Below, in pieces: positions 56,854 to 64,000 of a stretch of DNA of 64,000 bases. The first letter of the stretch is position 1; each line of letters opens with the position of its first letter. The position numbers and the translations under genes were made by a program. This stretch comes from an uncultured Fibrobacteria bacterium (GTDB lineage: Bacteria > Fibrobacterota > Fibrobacteria > UBA11236): positions 992,001 through 1,056,000 of the forward strand of contig OY970309.1 in the NCBI GenBank assembly GCA_963716395.1, read 5' to 3'. The notes below the pieces were generated by a model. That model worked only from the letters and a program-made list of their open reading frames with translations, was not told the DNA's origin and searched no databases.

Positions 56854-59220
56854 TCACGACTTCCGTTCCGCGGCGCAACGCGCCAGGGCCGCGCGCAGCA
56901 GGCCCAGTTTGGGAGGTTTGCTCAGCACCTGATCCACATGCGGAGGAATGTCACTTTCGGCCAGCAACCGCTGGCCCCAGCCGGTCAAAAGAATTACGGG
57001 CGTCGCGGGCGAGTTTTGTTTGATCAGTGACGCCACCTTGCGGCCATCCACATAGGGCATGCCCAGATCCGTGATCACCGCTTCGAAAGGCCGATCTCCC
57101 TTGGCGGCGGCGATGAAGGTGTCGATGCCGCTTTGTCCGCCGTTGGCCGTAGTCACGCTATGGCCGTCGTCGGTCAGGGTGTCGTTCAACGATTTCAACA
57201 ACATGGGATCGTCGTCGACCACGAGAAGCCGGAGCCGCGGTGGCATGGCGTTCAAAGGCACAGGTGTATTCGGTCCCGGAATGGCGGCGGGCAGCGGAAA
57301 GGCCAGGCGAATGGTGGTGCCGCGTTTCAGCTCGCTCACTATTTCCACCTCGGCATTGTGTCGCTGCACCACCCCGTAAACCATGGCCAGTCCCAGGCCC
57401 GTGCCCCGTTCGCCTTTGGTGGTGTAAAAAGGTTCCAGGCAGCGACGCCGCGTTTCTTCATCCATCCCAAAGCCGGTATCCGAAATTTCCAGAAACACCT
57501 TGCCGTCGGCCACGCGCGTGCGCAGCGTCAAGGTGCCGCCTTCGGGCATGGCGTCAAATGCGTTGAAAAACAGGTTGGTCAGCGCTTCGCGGATTTCACC
57601 TTCGACGCCCAGCACCAGGGGCAAATCCGGGGCCAGATCCGATTCGATCGTGATAACCGCCCCGCGTTGCTGTGGCATGTCGTGCCAGCGGGCGCGCGTG
57701 AGATCGATCACCTGCTGCAACGCGCGGTTGAGCTGCACCGGCGCCAAGGTCATCTGCGGTTCGCGCTGCCGGTAAAACTCGCGCATACGCGCTACCGTGG
57801 CCGCCACGTCTTCGATGGCATGTGCGATGGTTTGCAGATGATCGCGCGCCCGCGCGCTCAGGTTGGGTTCTTTTTCCAGCAGATGCTCGGTATACAGCGC
57901 CACAGGCGAAATCGCATTGTTGATGTCGTGGGCGATGCCGCTGGCCATTTGGCCCAGCGCGCGCAACCGCTCCTGCTGCATCACGGTTTGCTGCGACTGG
58001 CGCAAGTCGTCGTAGGCTTGCTGCAGGGCGCCATACAGACGAGCCTGATGCGCGGCCAGCGCCGCATGTTCGCTCAATTGCCGCAAAAATTCGCAGTCGA
58101 GGCTGCTGAAGGATTCGGCTTGCCGACGGGCGGTAATGAGCGCCCCAAACACATTACTCTCGACGATCAGGGGGGAAATCACCAGCGCGCGCAATCCATG
58201 CTCGGCCAGGCGCTGGGGAAACGGAAACATCACCCGGGAAGTGTCGGGTTCATACACCAAATCACCCTGCATGCAACGCGACAAGCCGTTTTGGTCGATG
58301 GGGATGGGTGTGTGATCAGCCATACCCATTTTCACGGCCAAGGCCGCGCTTTTGGCGCCGACCCCGCTTACGGTCAACCGTTCCGCGGCGCTGTCATACA
58401 TGCAGACGCATCCGAAATCGATGGGCAAATTGTCTTCCAGGGTTCCGATCATGACTTGGAAAATGCTGGCCAAATCGAGACGCTCTCCAATGGCGCGTGT
58501 GACGCGATTCAGCAAGTCGAGACGGGCCAACTGCTCTTGGATGTGGGTGAGCATGTGGTTGAACGCTTCGGTGAGCAAACCGAATTCGCCGCTTTCCTGC
58601 GGCCGGGCGCGCACCGAATAGTCGCGCCGCTCCGACACGGCGCGCGCCGTGTCGGCCAAGCTCAGGATGGGTGCAGAAATTTGGCGTTGCAAGGTCCGCG
58701 ACAAGGCATAGGCCAACAAAAAAGCCACGACGGCGACCAGGCCGGCCACGGTGGCATACAGTTGCAGGCGATCGGCCATGGCCTTCATGTCGGATTTGAC
58801 GTACAGCGTTCCCAGGCGCTTGCCGTCCTGCACCACGGGTTGAAAGCCGGTTAGAAAACCGCGTGCAAAGTGGTATCCGTCGGCGGAGGGCCCCGCGGGA
58901 AACACTCCGGCGGCCGAGGCTTCAGGGTAGATGCAGAACAGTTTGCCGTTGGCGTCGTACAACGCGGCCGCTACCACATGCGGCTCAGCCTTGAGCGCGG
59001 CCAGAATCTCTTTGGCGCCGCCGGCGTCATCAAAGGCCAGGGCCGCCGTGCTGTTTTCGGCGACGATGGCCGAGATGGTCGAAAGCTGCCGTACCGTGGT
59101 GTGCCGGTAGGTGAGGAATTCATAGGCCGAAAATCCGCCGCAGGTGAGCAGCAGCACCGCGCCGCTGGTCAGCAGCATGAGAGCCATCAGTCGTTTTTGC
59201 AGCGGCAGGTTTTTGAACAT
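56854..59220 (-). CDS. Membrane hybrid sensor kinase (YfiN-like periplasmic sensor, HAMP, GAF, HK, REC)
   Basis: TM-AALAFDD..A.EIL.AL-TM, HAMP (DYSVRA..EFG.L.EAFN.ML), AHDINN, GTGLGL, C-terminal receiver. Confidence 0.9.
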   Translation of the reverse strand: MFKNLPLQKRLMALMLLTSGAVLLLTCGGFSAYEFLTYRHTTVRQLSTISAIVAENSTAALAFDDAGGAKEILAALKAEPHVVAAALYDANGKLFCIYPEASAAGVFPAGPSADGYHFARGFLTGFQPVVQDGKRLGTLYVKSDMKAMADRLQLYATVAGLVAVVAFLLAYALSRTLQRQISAPILSLADTARAVSERRDYSVRARPQESGEFGLLTEAFNHMLTHIQEQLARLDLLNRVTRAIGERLDLASIFQVMIGTLEDNLPIDFGCVCMYDSAAERLTVSGVGAKSAALAVKMGMADHTPIPIDQNGLSRCMQGDLVYEPDTSRVMFPFPQRLAEHGLRALVISPLIVESNVFGALITARRQAESFSSLDCEFLRQLSEHAALAAHQARLYGALQQAYDDLRQSQQTVMQQERLRALGQMASGIAHDINNAISPVALYTEHLLEKEPNLSARARDHLQTIAHAIEDVAATVARMREFYRQREPQMTLAPVQLNRALQQVIDLTRARWHDMPQQRGAVITIESDLAPDLPLVLGVEGEIREALTNLFFNAFDAMPEGGTLTLRTRVADGKVFLEISDTGFGMDEETRRRCLEPFYTTKGERGTGLGLAMVYGVVQRHNAEVEIVSELKRGTTIRLAFPLPAAIPGPNTPVPLNAMPPRLRLLVVDDDPMLLKSLNDTLTDDGHSVTTANGGQSGIDTFIAAAKGDRPFEAVITDLGMPYVDGRKVASLIKQNSPATPVILLTGWGQRLLAESDIPPHVDQVLSKPPKLGLLRAALARCAAERKS

Positions 59221-59223
59221 GAG

Positions 59224-59814
59224 TCAGCCTTTTTCGGACGCGACAATGTCGGCCAGACGCAGCAACTTCGAACTGATGCTCAAGTCGGCGTCCTGAACCG
59301 CTTTGAGATTGATCTTGAGGCGCAAATGCGCGTCTTCGGTGGCGAAGCGAATCATGCCGCCGGTTTGCGCAAAGTCGTCGCTTTCGCCCACCGTCAGCAC
59401 GGGCTTGTTTTTCAGGGCTTGGAACAGTTCTTGCATTTTGCGGGGGTCGGATCCGGAGACGAACAAGATGTTGCAATCGGTCGCGTCTTCGATCTTGCCG
59501 CAGCGTTTCACCACAATGGGCCGCGCGCCGATTTTTTCACCCTTGACCACGGCGTCGAGAAAATCGCCGAATGGGTCGGTTCCGAGCACGCCGATTATCA
59601 GCGGCTGCTGCGGGTTTGAAAACGCCGCCGGCGGCCAATGCACGAATTGCGCGAAATGAAACAGAAACACGGCCTTGACCTGATACTCCTTGGAAGGCGG
59701 CGCCGTCTTGATTTCAGCCTGCACCGCCACCAAGCAGGTCAAGACAAAGGCGAACAAGAGTTTCATGGCCCCGAGCCCCTTTATTCGCCCGGCGGGTTCG
59801 CGATTAGGGCGCAT
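59224..59814 (-). CDS. YfiR-family (DUF4154) periplasmic protein (start may be 59766)
   Basis: EYQVKAVFLFHFAQFVHWP, VLTVGE..FA..GGMI.F, ISSKLLRLA. Confidence 0.9.
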   Translation of the reverse strand: MRPNREPAGRIKGLGAMKLLFAFVLTCLVAVQAEIKTAPPSKEYQVKAVFLFHFAQFVHWPPAAFSNPQQPLIIGVLGTDPFGDFLDAVVKGEKIGARPIVVKRCGKIEDATDCNILFVSGSDPRKMQELFQALKNKPVLTVGESDDFAQTGGMIRFATEDAHLRLKINLKAVQDADLSISSKLLRLADIVASEKG

Positions 59815-59839
59815 CGTTCCGGCATGCCTTCAATGCTTC

Positions 59840-61801
59840 TCAAAAACGATAGGCCAGTTTGCCGGCGAAAGAGCGGGGAATTCTCTGGCCGACGGTGGTG
59901 CCCAACTGAAATTGGGGATCCTCGTCATTGCCCAAATTGTACCCGTACACCGAAGCTTCGAGGTGATCGTGGGTCCAGGCCAGGCCGGCGTCATAGGTGA
60001 AGCGGGCCGGCACATGCGGATTGGGGAGGCTGGCTACGTAGTAACCGTCGCCGTTCAATTGAAAGCCCGCGGGTAAGTCCATCATGGATTGCAGCGAAGC
60101 CTGATGCGATGGATCATTCGCCTCGCCCAGGGGATTGGCGAAGTCCGTCACACCGGGATTCGCCCAGAAATGGGTTTTCAGAAAGTTGTAGCCCGCGCGC
60201 AGGCGCCACCACGAGGTGGCCTGAAATTCGCCCGAGAGTTCGATGCCGCGCGAATTTCCCTCGAGTCCGTTTTTGAATTGAATGGTGGGCGGACTGAGGG
60301 CGGTCAGCTCCCAAGTACGGAGATCATGGTAACGATTGTAATAGGCGGAAGCGGAAAACGAGAGCGACGGTAATGGTTGCGCGCGGTAACCCAACTCGTA
60401 GGCCAGCAATTTTTCCGCCTGGAATTCCGGGCCTCCGGCCAGGCGGGGAACGGAGGCGGGCACGGGCGGCGTGGGTGCGTAGTAGTCGACGTCGATGCGG
60501 CTCGGAGTTCGCACCGCACGCGAAACCGCGCCCCACACCATTTGCCGCGCATTAAGGGTCCACGCCAGTCGCGTCGACGGCTGGAGATTGAAACCATCAT
60601 AATCTTCGTGCTCCAGCTTGGATCCCAATGTCGCCTTGAGCCGATCCGGAACCAAGGAAATCTCATCCTGAACAAAGACATTGAAGATGTGCAAATCTTT
60701 GCGGCCGGGCAAAAACGAGAAGTAGGCGAAATTCGTGACGTCGTCCTGCATCAGGCGGTATCCCGCCCCCCACATCAGATTCTGGCCGGGAAGCAATTCG
60801 AAACGATGGTGAAAATCGATATCGTAGGTTTTTAAATCTTCGGTGAAGGCCGACGCCGAATCCAAAGCGGCCTTGCGCCAGGTGTGGTCGAAGTACACCT
60901 GCAATTGCATATCCGCCCGGGGCGAAAATTTGCGCACCCAGCGCCCGATCACGTTTTGTCCGTTCAAGTCCACGAAACCGGAGCCGGGCTGATCGATAGA
61001 CCCGTCGTATAAATCTCCCTGCGCCGTGAGGTTGTCGGCTTCGGAGCGTCCCCAATCCATACGAAAACCGCCTTGCGTCACGCCGATGCCGTTGGCGCCG
61101 TCTTTCCCGTTGGGCAGCAAGGTGCCGTCTTGATCGATGCGCTGGCCATAAACCCGGTATTGGGCGTTCGGGCCCAGGCGTCCGCCGAATTGCGTTTGGC
61201 CGAAATCACGCTCGAAGTTGCCGCCGCCGCCCTCCAAGGCAAATCCCTGTGTGTCTTTCGCTTTCTTGGTGATGATGTTAATCACGCCGTTGACGGCATT
61301 GCTGCCCCACAGCGTGCCGCCGGGTCCGCTGATCACTTCGATGCGATCCACGTCTGCCAGCGGTACGTATTGGGCGTCCCAAAAAACGCCCGAATACAAC
61401 GGGGTATAAACGGTGCGGCCGTCGATCAGCACCAGCAGCTTGTTGGCGGCATTGCTGTTGAAACCGCGCGCGCTAATGGCCCAGGTGCGTGAATCGATTT
61501 GCGCCACTTCGAGGTTCGAGGCCAGGCGCAAGGCCTGCGGCAAGGTCACGGCTCCCGAGCGCCGGATGTCTTCGGCCGTGATGACCTGGATCGCCGAAGG
61601 GGCTGCGCTCAGTTTTTCCGCATGTTTGGAAACCGACGTCACCTTGATGTTCATCAGATCCTCGAGGCTCATTTGTTTGAGCGCTTCGGCCGCCGGCAAG
61701 GTATCGGCGCTCTGGGACCACGCTCCCTGCAAGGCGGCCGCCAAGACCACCACATTGTGGATCGCCAGCTTTTTTCGGAGCGGGAAAAAGGGGTTTTCCA
61801 T
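59840..61801 (-). CDS. TonB-dependent receptor
   Basis: MSLEDLMNIKVTSVSK, plug RIEVISGPGGTLWGSNAVNGVINIITK, C-terminal YRF. Confidence 0.92.
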   Translation of the reverse strand: MENPFFPLRKKLAIHNVVVLAAALQGAWSQSADTLPAAEALKQMSLEDLMNIKVTSVSKHAEKLSAAPSAIQVITAEDIRRSGAVTLPQALRLASNLEVAQIDSRTWAISARGFNSNAANKLLVLIDGRTVYTPLYSGVFWDAQYVPLADVDRIEVISGPGGTLWGSNAVNGVINIITKKAKDTQGFALEGGGGNFERDFGQTQFGGRLGPNAQYRVYGQRIDQDGTLLPNGKDGANGIGVTQGGFRMDWGRSEADNLTAQGDLYDGSIDQPGSGFVDLNGQNVIGRWVRKFSPRADMQLQVYFDHTWRKAALDSASAFTEDLKTYDIDFHHRFELLPGQNLMWGAGYRLMQDDVTNFAYFSFLPGRKDLHIFNVFVQDEISLVPDRLKATLGSKLEHEDYDGFNLQPSTRLAWTLNARQMVWGAVSRAVRTPSRIDVDYYAPTPPVPASVPRLAGGPEFQAEKLLAYELGYRAQPLPSLSFSASAYYNRYHDLRTWELTALSPPTIQFKNGLEGNSRGIELSGEFQATSWWRLRAGYNFLKTHFWANPGVTDFANPLGEANDPSHQASLQSMMDLPAGFQLNGDGYYVASLPNPHVPARFTYDAGLAWTHDHLEASVYGYNLGNDEDPQFQLGTTVGQRIPRSFAGKLAYRF

Positions 61802-61966
61802 TTCAGAATCCCTCGGGAAGGTGCTGTGTCGGTAAGCATACCGCCTTCCGAGACAAAATGTCAAAACCGTCTTGCTGGAATTTCGGAGCCGGAATGGATA
61901 ACCTTCATGTTACCCTGAGGGTAGACGAGGTCACATAACTGAGAGGATAAATGATACGCGGTTTCG

Positions 61967-62014
61967 TGGTGCACCTCGAGGGATTCGAACCCCCAACCCT
62001 TGGCTTCGAAGGCC
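61967..62014 (-). mobile_element. att site: duplicated 3' part of tRNA-Arg(TCG)
   Basis: Minus strand GGCC-TTCGAA-GCCAAGGGTTGGGGGTTCGAATCCCTCGAGGTGCACCA with no D-arm or 5' acceptor strand upstream; about 40 bp from the integrase stop. Confidence 0.85.
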
Positions 62015-62052
62015 GAAAGGGGGTGCAAAAAATCGCGTGATTCCGGTTAGAT

Positions 62053-63141
62053 TCAGCAAACTTTTGCCGCTCCAACCTCGATAGTGTCCACTTGGCGTCC
62101 ACTACCCAATCCAAATCTTACCAACCCCAAAGCATTTTTGCCAGCGCGATGGTAGTACGTCTTCAGCATGTTGGTTCGCCATCCCGCCACTTGCATCACA
62201 ACTTGTTCGGGGGTGCCAGCGTCAAGCAGCGCCGACGCGGAAACATGCCTTGTGTCGTGGAATCGGAAGTCTTGAATCCCGGCCAGCCGAAGACACCTTT
62301 TCCATGCCGTCTTGAAATCCCCTAACGGGTGGTAGGTCCCTTTTTCGAAACGGTAAAAGAGATAAGGGGAGTCGGCGGGAATACCCCGGAAATAGTCCTT
62401 CATATCCGGCGGAACAGGTTTCCAAATGCCTTCCTGGTTTTTAGTGGTCCCATTGCGAACCCGTATAGCCATGTTGAACAAATCCAAATCCTCTTTTCGC
62501 ATGCGGATCAATTCCGACTTCCGGCAAGGAACTTGCAAGGCAAAACGAACAATGGGGCCAAGGTGCGGAGCCTCCGCGTCGATAATGTTTTGAAGCCGCA
62601 TCTTATCGTATTCCGTCAAAACCCTATCCCTTGGAACCTCCCGATGTTTAGGGAAGCGCGCGCGTGTAATGGGGTTTTTGTCCAATAATTCGAGCCGAAC
62701 GCAGAGATTGAAAGCCGCATTGACCATTTGCATGAGACGGTTCAGGCTGGCCAGGGAAAGGGGTTTGTGAAGCCGGGAGGGATTGGAGCGGAGAATTTTT
62801 AAAAGGGATTCCAGCCTATCGGGAAGGGCCGGAATGGGAACATCGCCCAAATGCTGGCGAAGTTGATTGTAGCGGCAAAGGTGGGGAACTGAAAATGGTG
62901 GGCTTTTTTCCCGGTAGATTTGCAGAACATCGCCGAAGGTATCCGGCTTGTGCGGGGAAATAAAGGCCGCACCTTCTTTTAGCTCGCGGCGAAGTTCTAG
63001 GAAACGCTCCTCCGCCTTGGGTTTGGTGCCGTGAAAGGTTTCGCGCTTGCGAAGTTCTTTGCCCGCCTTGCGGACGCGAACATCAAGTGACCATTCGTTA
63101 GAAGAACCGGAGATTTTCCGAATGTTGAGACCCATAGCCAT
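62053..63141 (-). CDS. Tyrosine recombinase / phage integrase
   Basis: Catalytic R (CRKSE), K (TTKN), HxxR (FHDTRH), W (AGW), Y (KTYY). Confidence 0.92.
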   Translation of the reverse strand: MAMGLNIRKISGSSNEWSLDVRVRKAGKELRKRETFHGTKPKAEERFLELRRELKEGAAFISPHKPDTFGDVLQIYREKSPPFSVPHLCRYNQLRQHLGDVPIPALPDRLESLLKILRSNPSRLHKPLSLASLNRLMQMVNAAFNLCVRLELLDKNPITRARFPKHREVPRDRVLTEYDKMRLQNIIDAEAPHLGPIVRFALQVPCRKSELIRMRKEDLDLFNMAIRVRNGTTKNQEGIWKPVPPDMKDYFRGIPADSPYLFYRFEKGTYHPLGDFKTAWKRCLRLAGIQDFRFHDTRHVSASALLDAGTPEQVVMQVAGWRTNMLKTYYHRAGKNALGLVRFGLGSGRQVDTIEVGAAKVC

Positions 63142-63205
63142 TCCTTAGCTATGGGTGCCCTGGGCAGGCTCTTCTAACATAATCCAAAATCCCCGAAAGT
63201 GAAAA

Positions 63206-63418
63206 TCATTTTTCCAAAAGAAATTTTCCGGCAAGAAGACGCTTTTCGACTTCGACGCGCCGGTATCGCCAAAGTCGCCCGACCTTCACTTGGCCCGGCA
63301 CGCGCCGGGCCTGGGTTTGGGTCACCACGAATTTGAGGGACATATTCATTTTGGCGGCTAATTCCTTCGGGGTTAAAAAATCCGAAGCGTTCATTTGCGC
63401 CGGTTCCATTTGTTCCAT
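63206..63418 (-). CDS. Excisionase-like helix-turn-helix protein
   Basis: FLTPKELA...VPGQVKVGRLWRY pattern; adjacent to integrase. Confidence 0.78.
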   Translation of the reverse strand: MEQMEPAQMNASDFLTPKELAAKMNMSLKFVVTQTQARRVPGQVKVGRLWRYRRVEVEKRLLAGKFLLEK

Positions 63419-63420
63419 TT

Positions 63421-64000
63421 CTATTCCTCCGCCGTTTCAGTTTTAAGCCATGATTTTTTAAAGGTCAAAGTGCCGCCGTTCTCCAACACCCGTTTTTCCA
63501 ATTCCGATTTTAATGCAATGAAATCAATGTTTTTGCGGAATACCCAAACGGATAGGCCAGAAGAATTAGCCCGTTTCTCAAGCCAACCTTCGGGACTAAT
63601 CACCTTGTCGAAATATCGCTGGGTTACTTTCGGGCTACCATGACCTATTTGGCGGGTTAGAAATTCCGCGCCGGAATTTACGGCCTCTTCTTGGGTTGAT
63701 CCCCCTTGCCCACCAACATGCTGGAAAAGCCAAAGGCGGAAATAGGCATCCATCAATCTTGAATTAGGGATTGAAACGGATTCCTCCCTATGGGTGAAAG
63801 GATTTCCGGTACTATTTCTCTCTACTTTAGAAGGGGAATCGGCCAATGGAGTCACCCGGCCAGCCTTTTCCCCCTCCCTCTCCCCCTGAGTCACTAGGGA
63901 ACCGGAGGCAAGGGTTTTGGCCGCGCTGGCAAGGTATCCGGGCAGGGTTTCGGCTGTCAGTAGGCGGCACCTGGAGCGCGCCCGATTACCTTCAGCCGAA
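63421..64000 (-). CDS. Hypothetical element protein, C-terminal part (5' end outside window)
   Basis: Frame of ORF 63421-63894 stays open up to the window edge (SAEGNRARSRCRLL...). Confidence 0.55.
   Translation of the reverse strand, partial: SAEGNRARSRCRLLTAETLPGYLASAAKTLASGSLVTQGEREGEKAGRVTPLADSPSKVERNSTGNPFTHREESVSIPNSRLMDAYFRLWLFQHVGGQGGSTQEEAVNSGAEFLTRQIGHGSPKVTQRYFDKVISPEGWLEKRANSSGLSVWVFRKNIDFIALKSELEKRVLENGGTLTFKKSWLKTETAEE

Larger units (their letters stand above)
61967..64000 (-). mobile_element. Left end of an integrated element (prophage, satellite or IME) inserted in tRNA-Arg(TCG)
   Basis: att fragment + integrase + excisionase, with lower GC than the core region. Confidence 0.8.

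Noticed and set aside
61905-62114. Intact tRNA, or the 69-aa ORF across the att site
   Set aside because: The tRNA 5' half is missing, and the ORF is just translation through the tRNA fragment and integrase end.

Overview
This is a GC-rich bacterial chromosome segment. The RpoB/RpoC insertions and hypothetical-protein types suggest the FCB group, possibly Fibrobacterota; that assignment is inference. Bases 1-28.5 kb are the core translation/transcription supercluster on the minus strand: tRNA Thr-Tyr-Gly-Thr, tuf, tRNA-Trp, secE, nusG, rplKAJL, rpoBC, rpsLG, an inserted beta-barrel gene, a strongly divergent EF-G, a second tuf, and the S10 and spc operons running off the left edge in secY. 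Bases 28.6-51.3 kb hold housekeeping and envelope genes (CCA-adding enzyme, pectate lyase, GT2, thioredoxins, ftsY, two HDOD proteins, clpP, cysS, SagB-type nitroreductase, a peptidase/propeller/Omp85-like fusion) and end at tRNA-Arg(CCG). Bases 51.3-62 kb are an accessory block: a hammerhead-ribozyme-like fold just behind the tRNA, a small basic protein preceded by an SD-Met-Leu-stop minigene, an AbrB/PIN toxin-antitoxin pair with a frameshifted toxin, two AT-rich lipoproteins, a lone nirK, and a TonB receptor-YfiR-kinase-kinase cassette. At ~62 kb a 3' fragment of tRNA-Arg(TCG) marks the att boundary of an integrase/excisionase element that continues past the right edge. No rRNA or CRISPR array was seen. 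All family assignments come from motif recognition by eye; no database searches were run.
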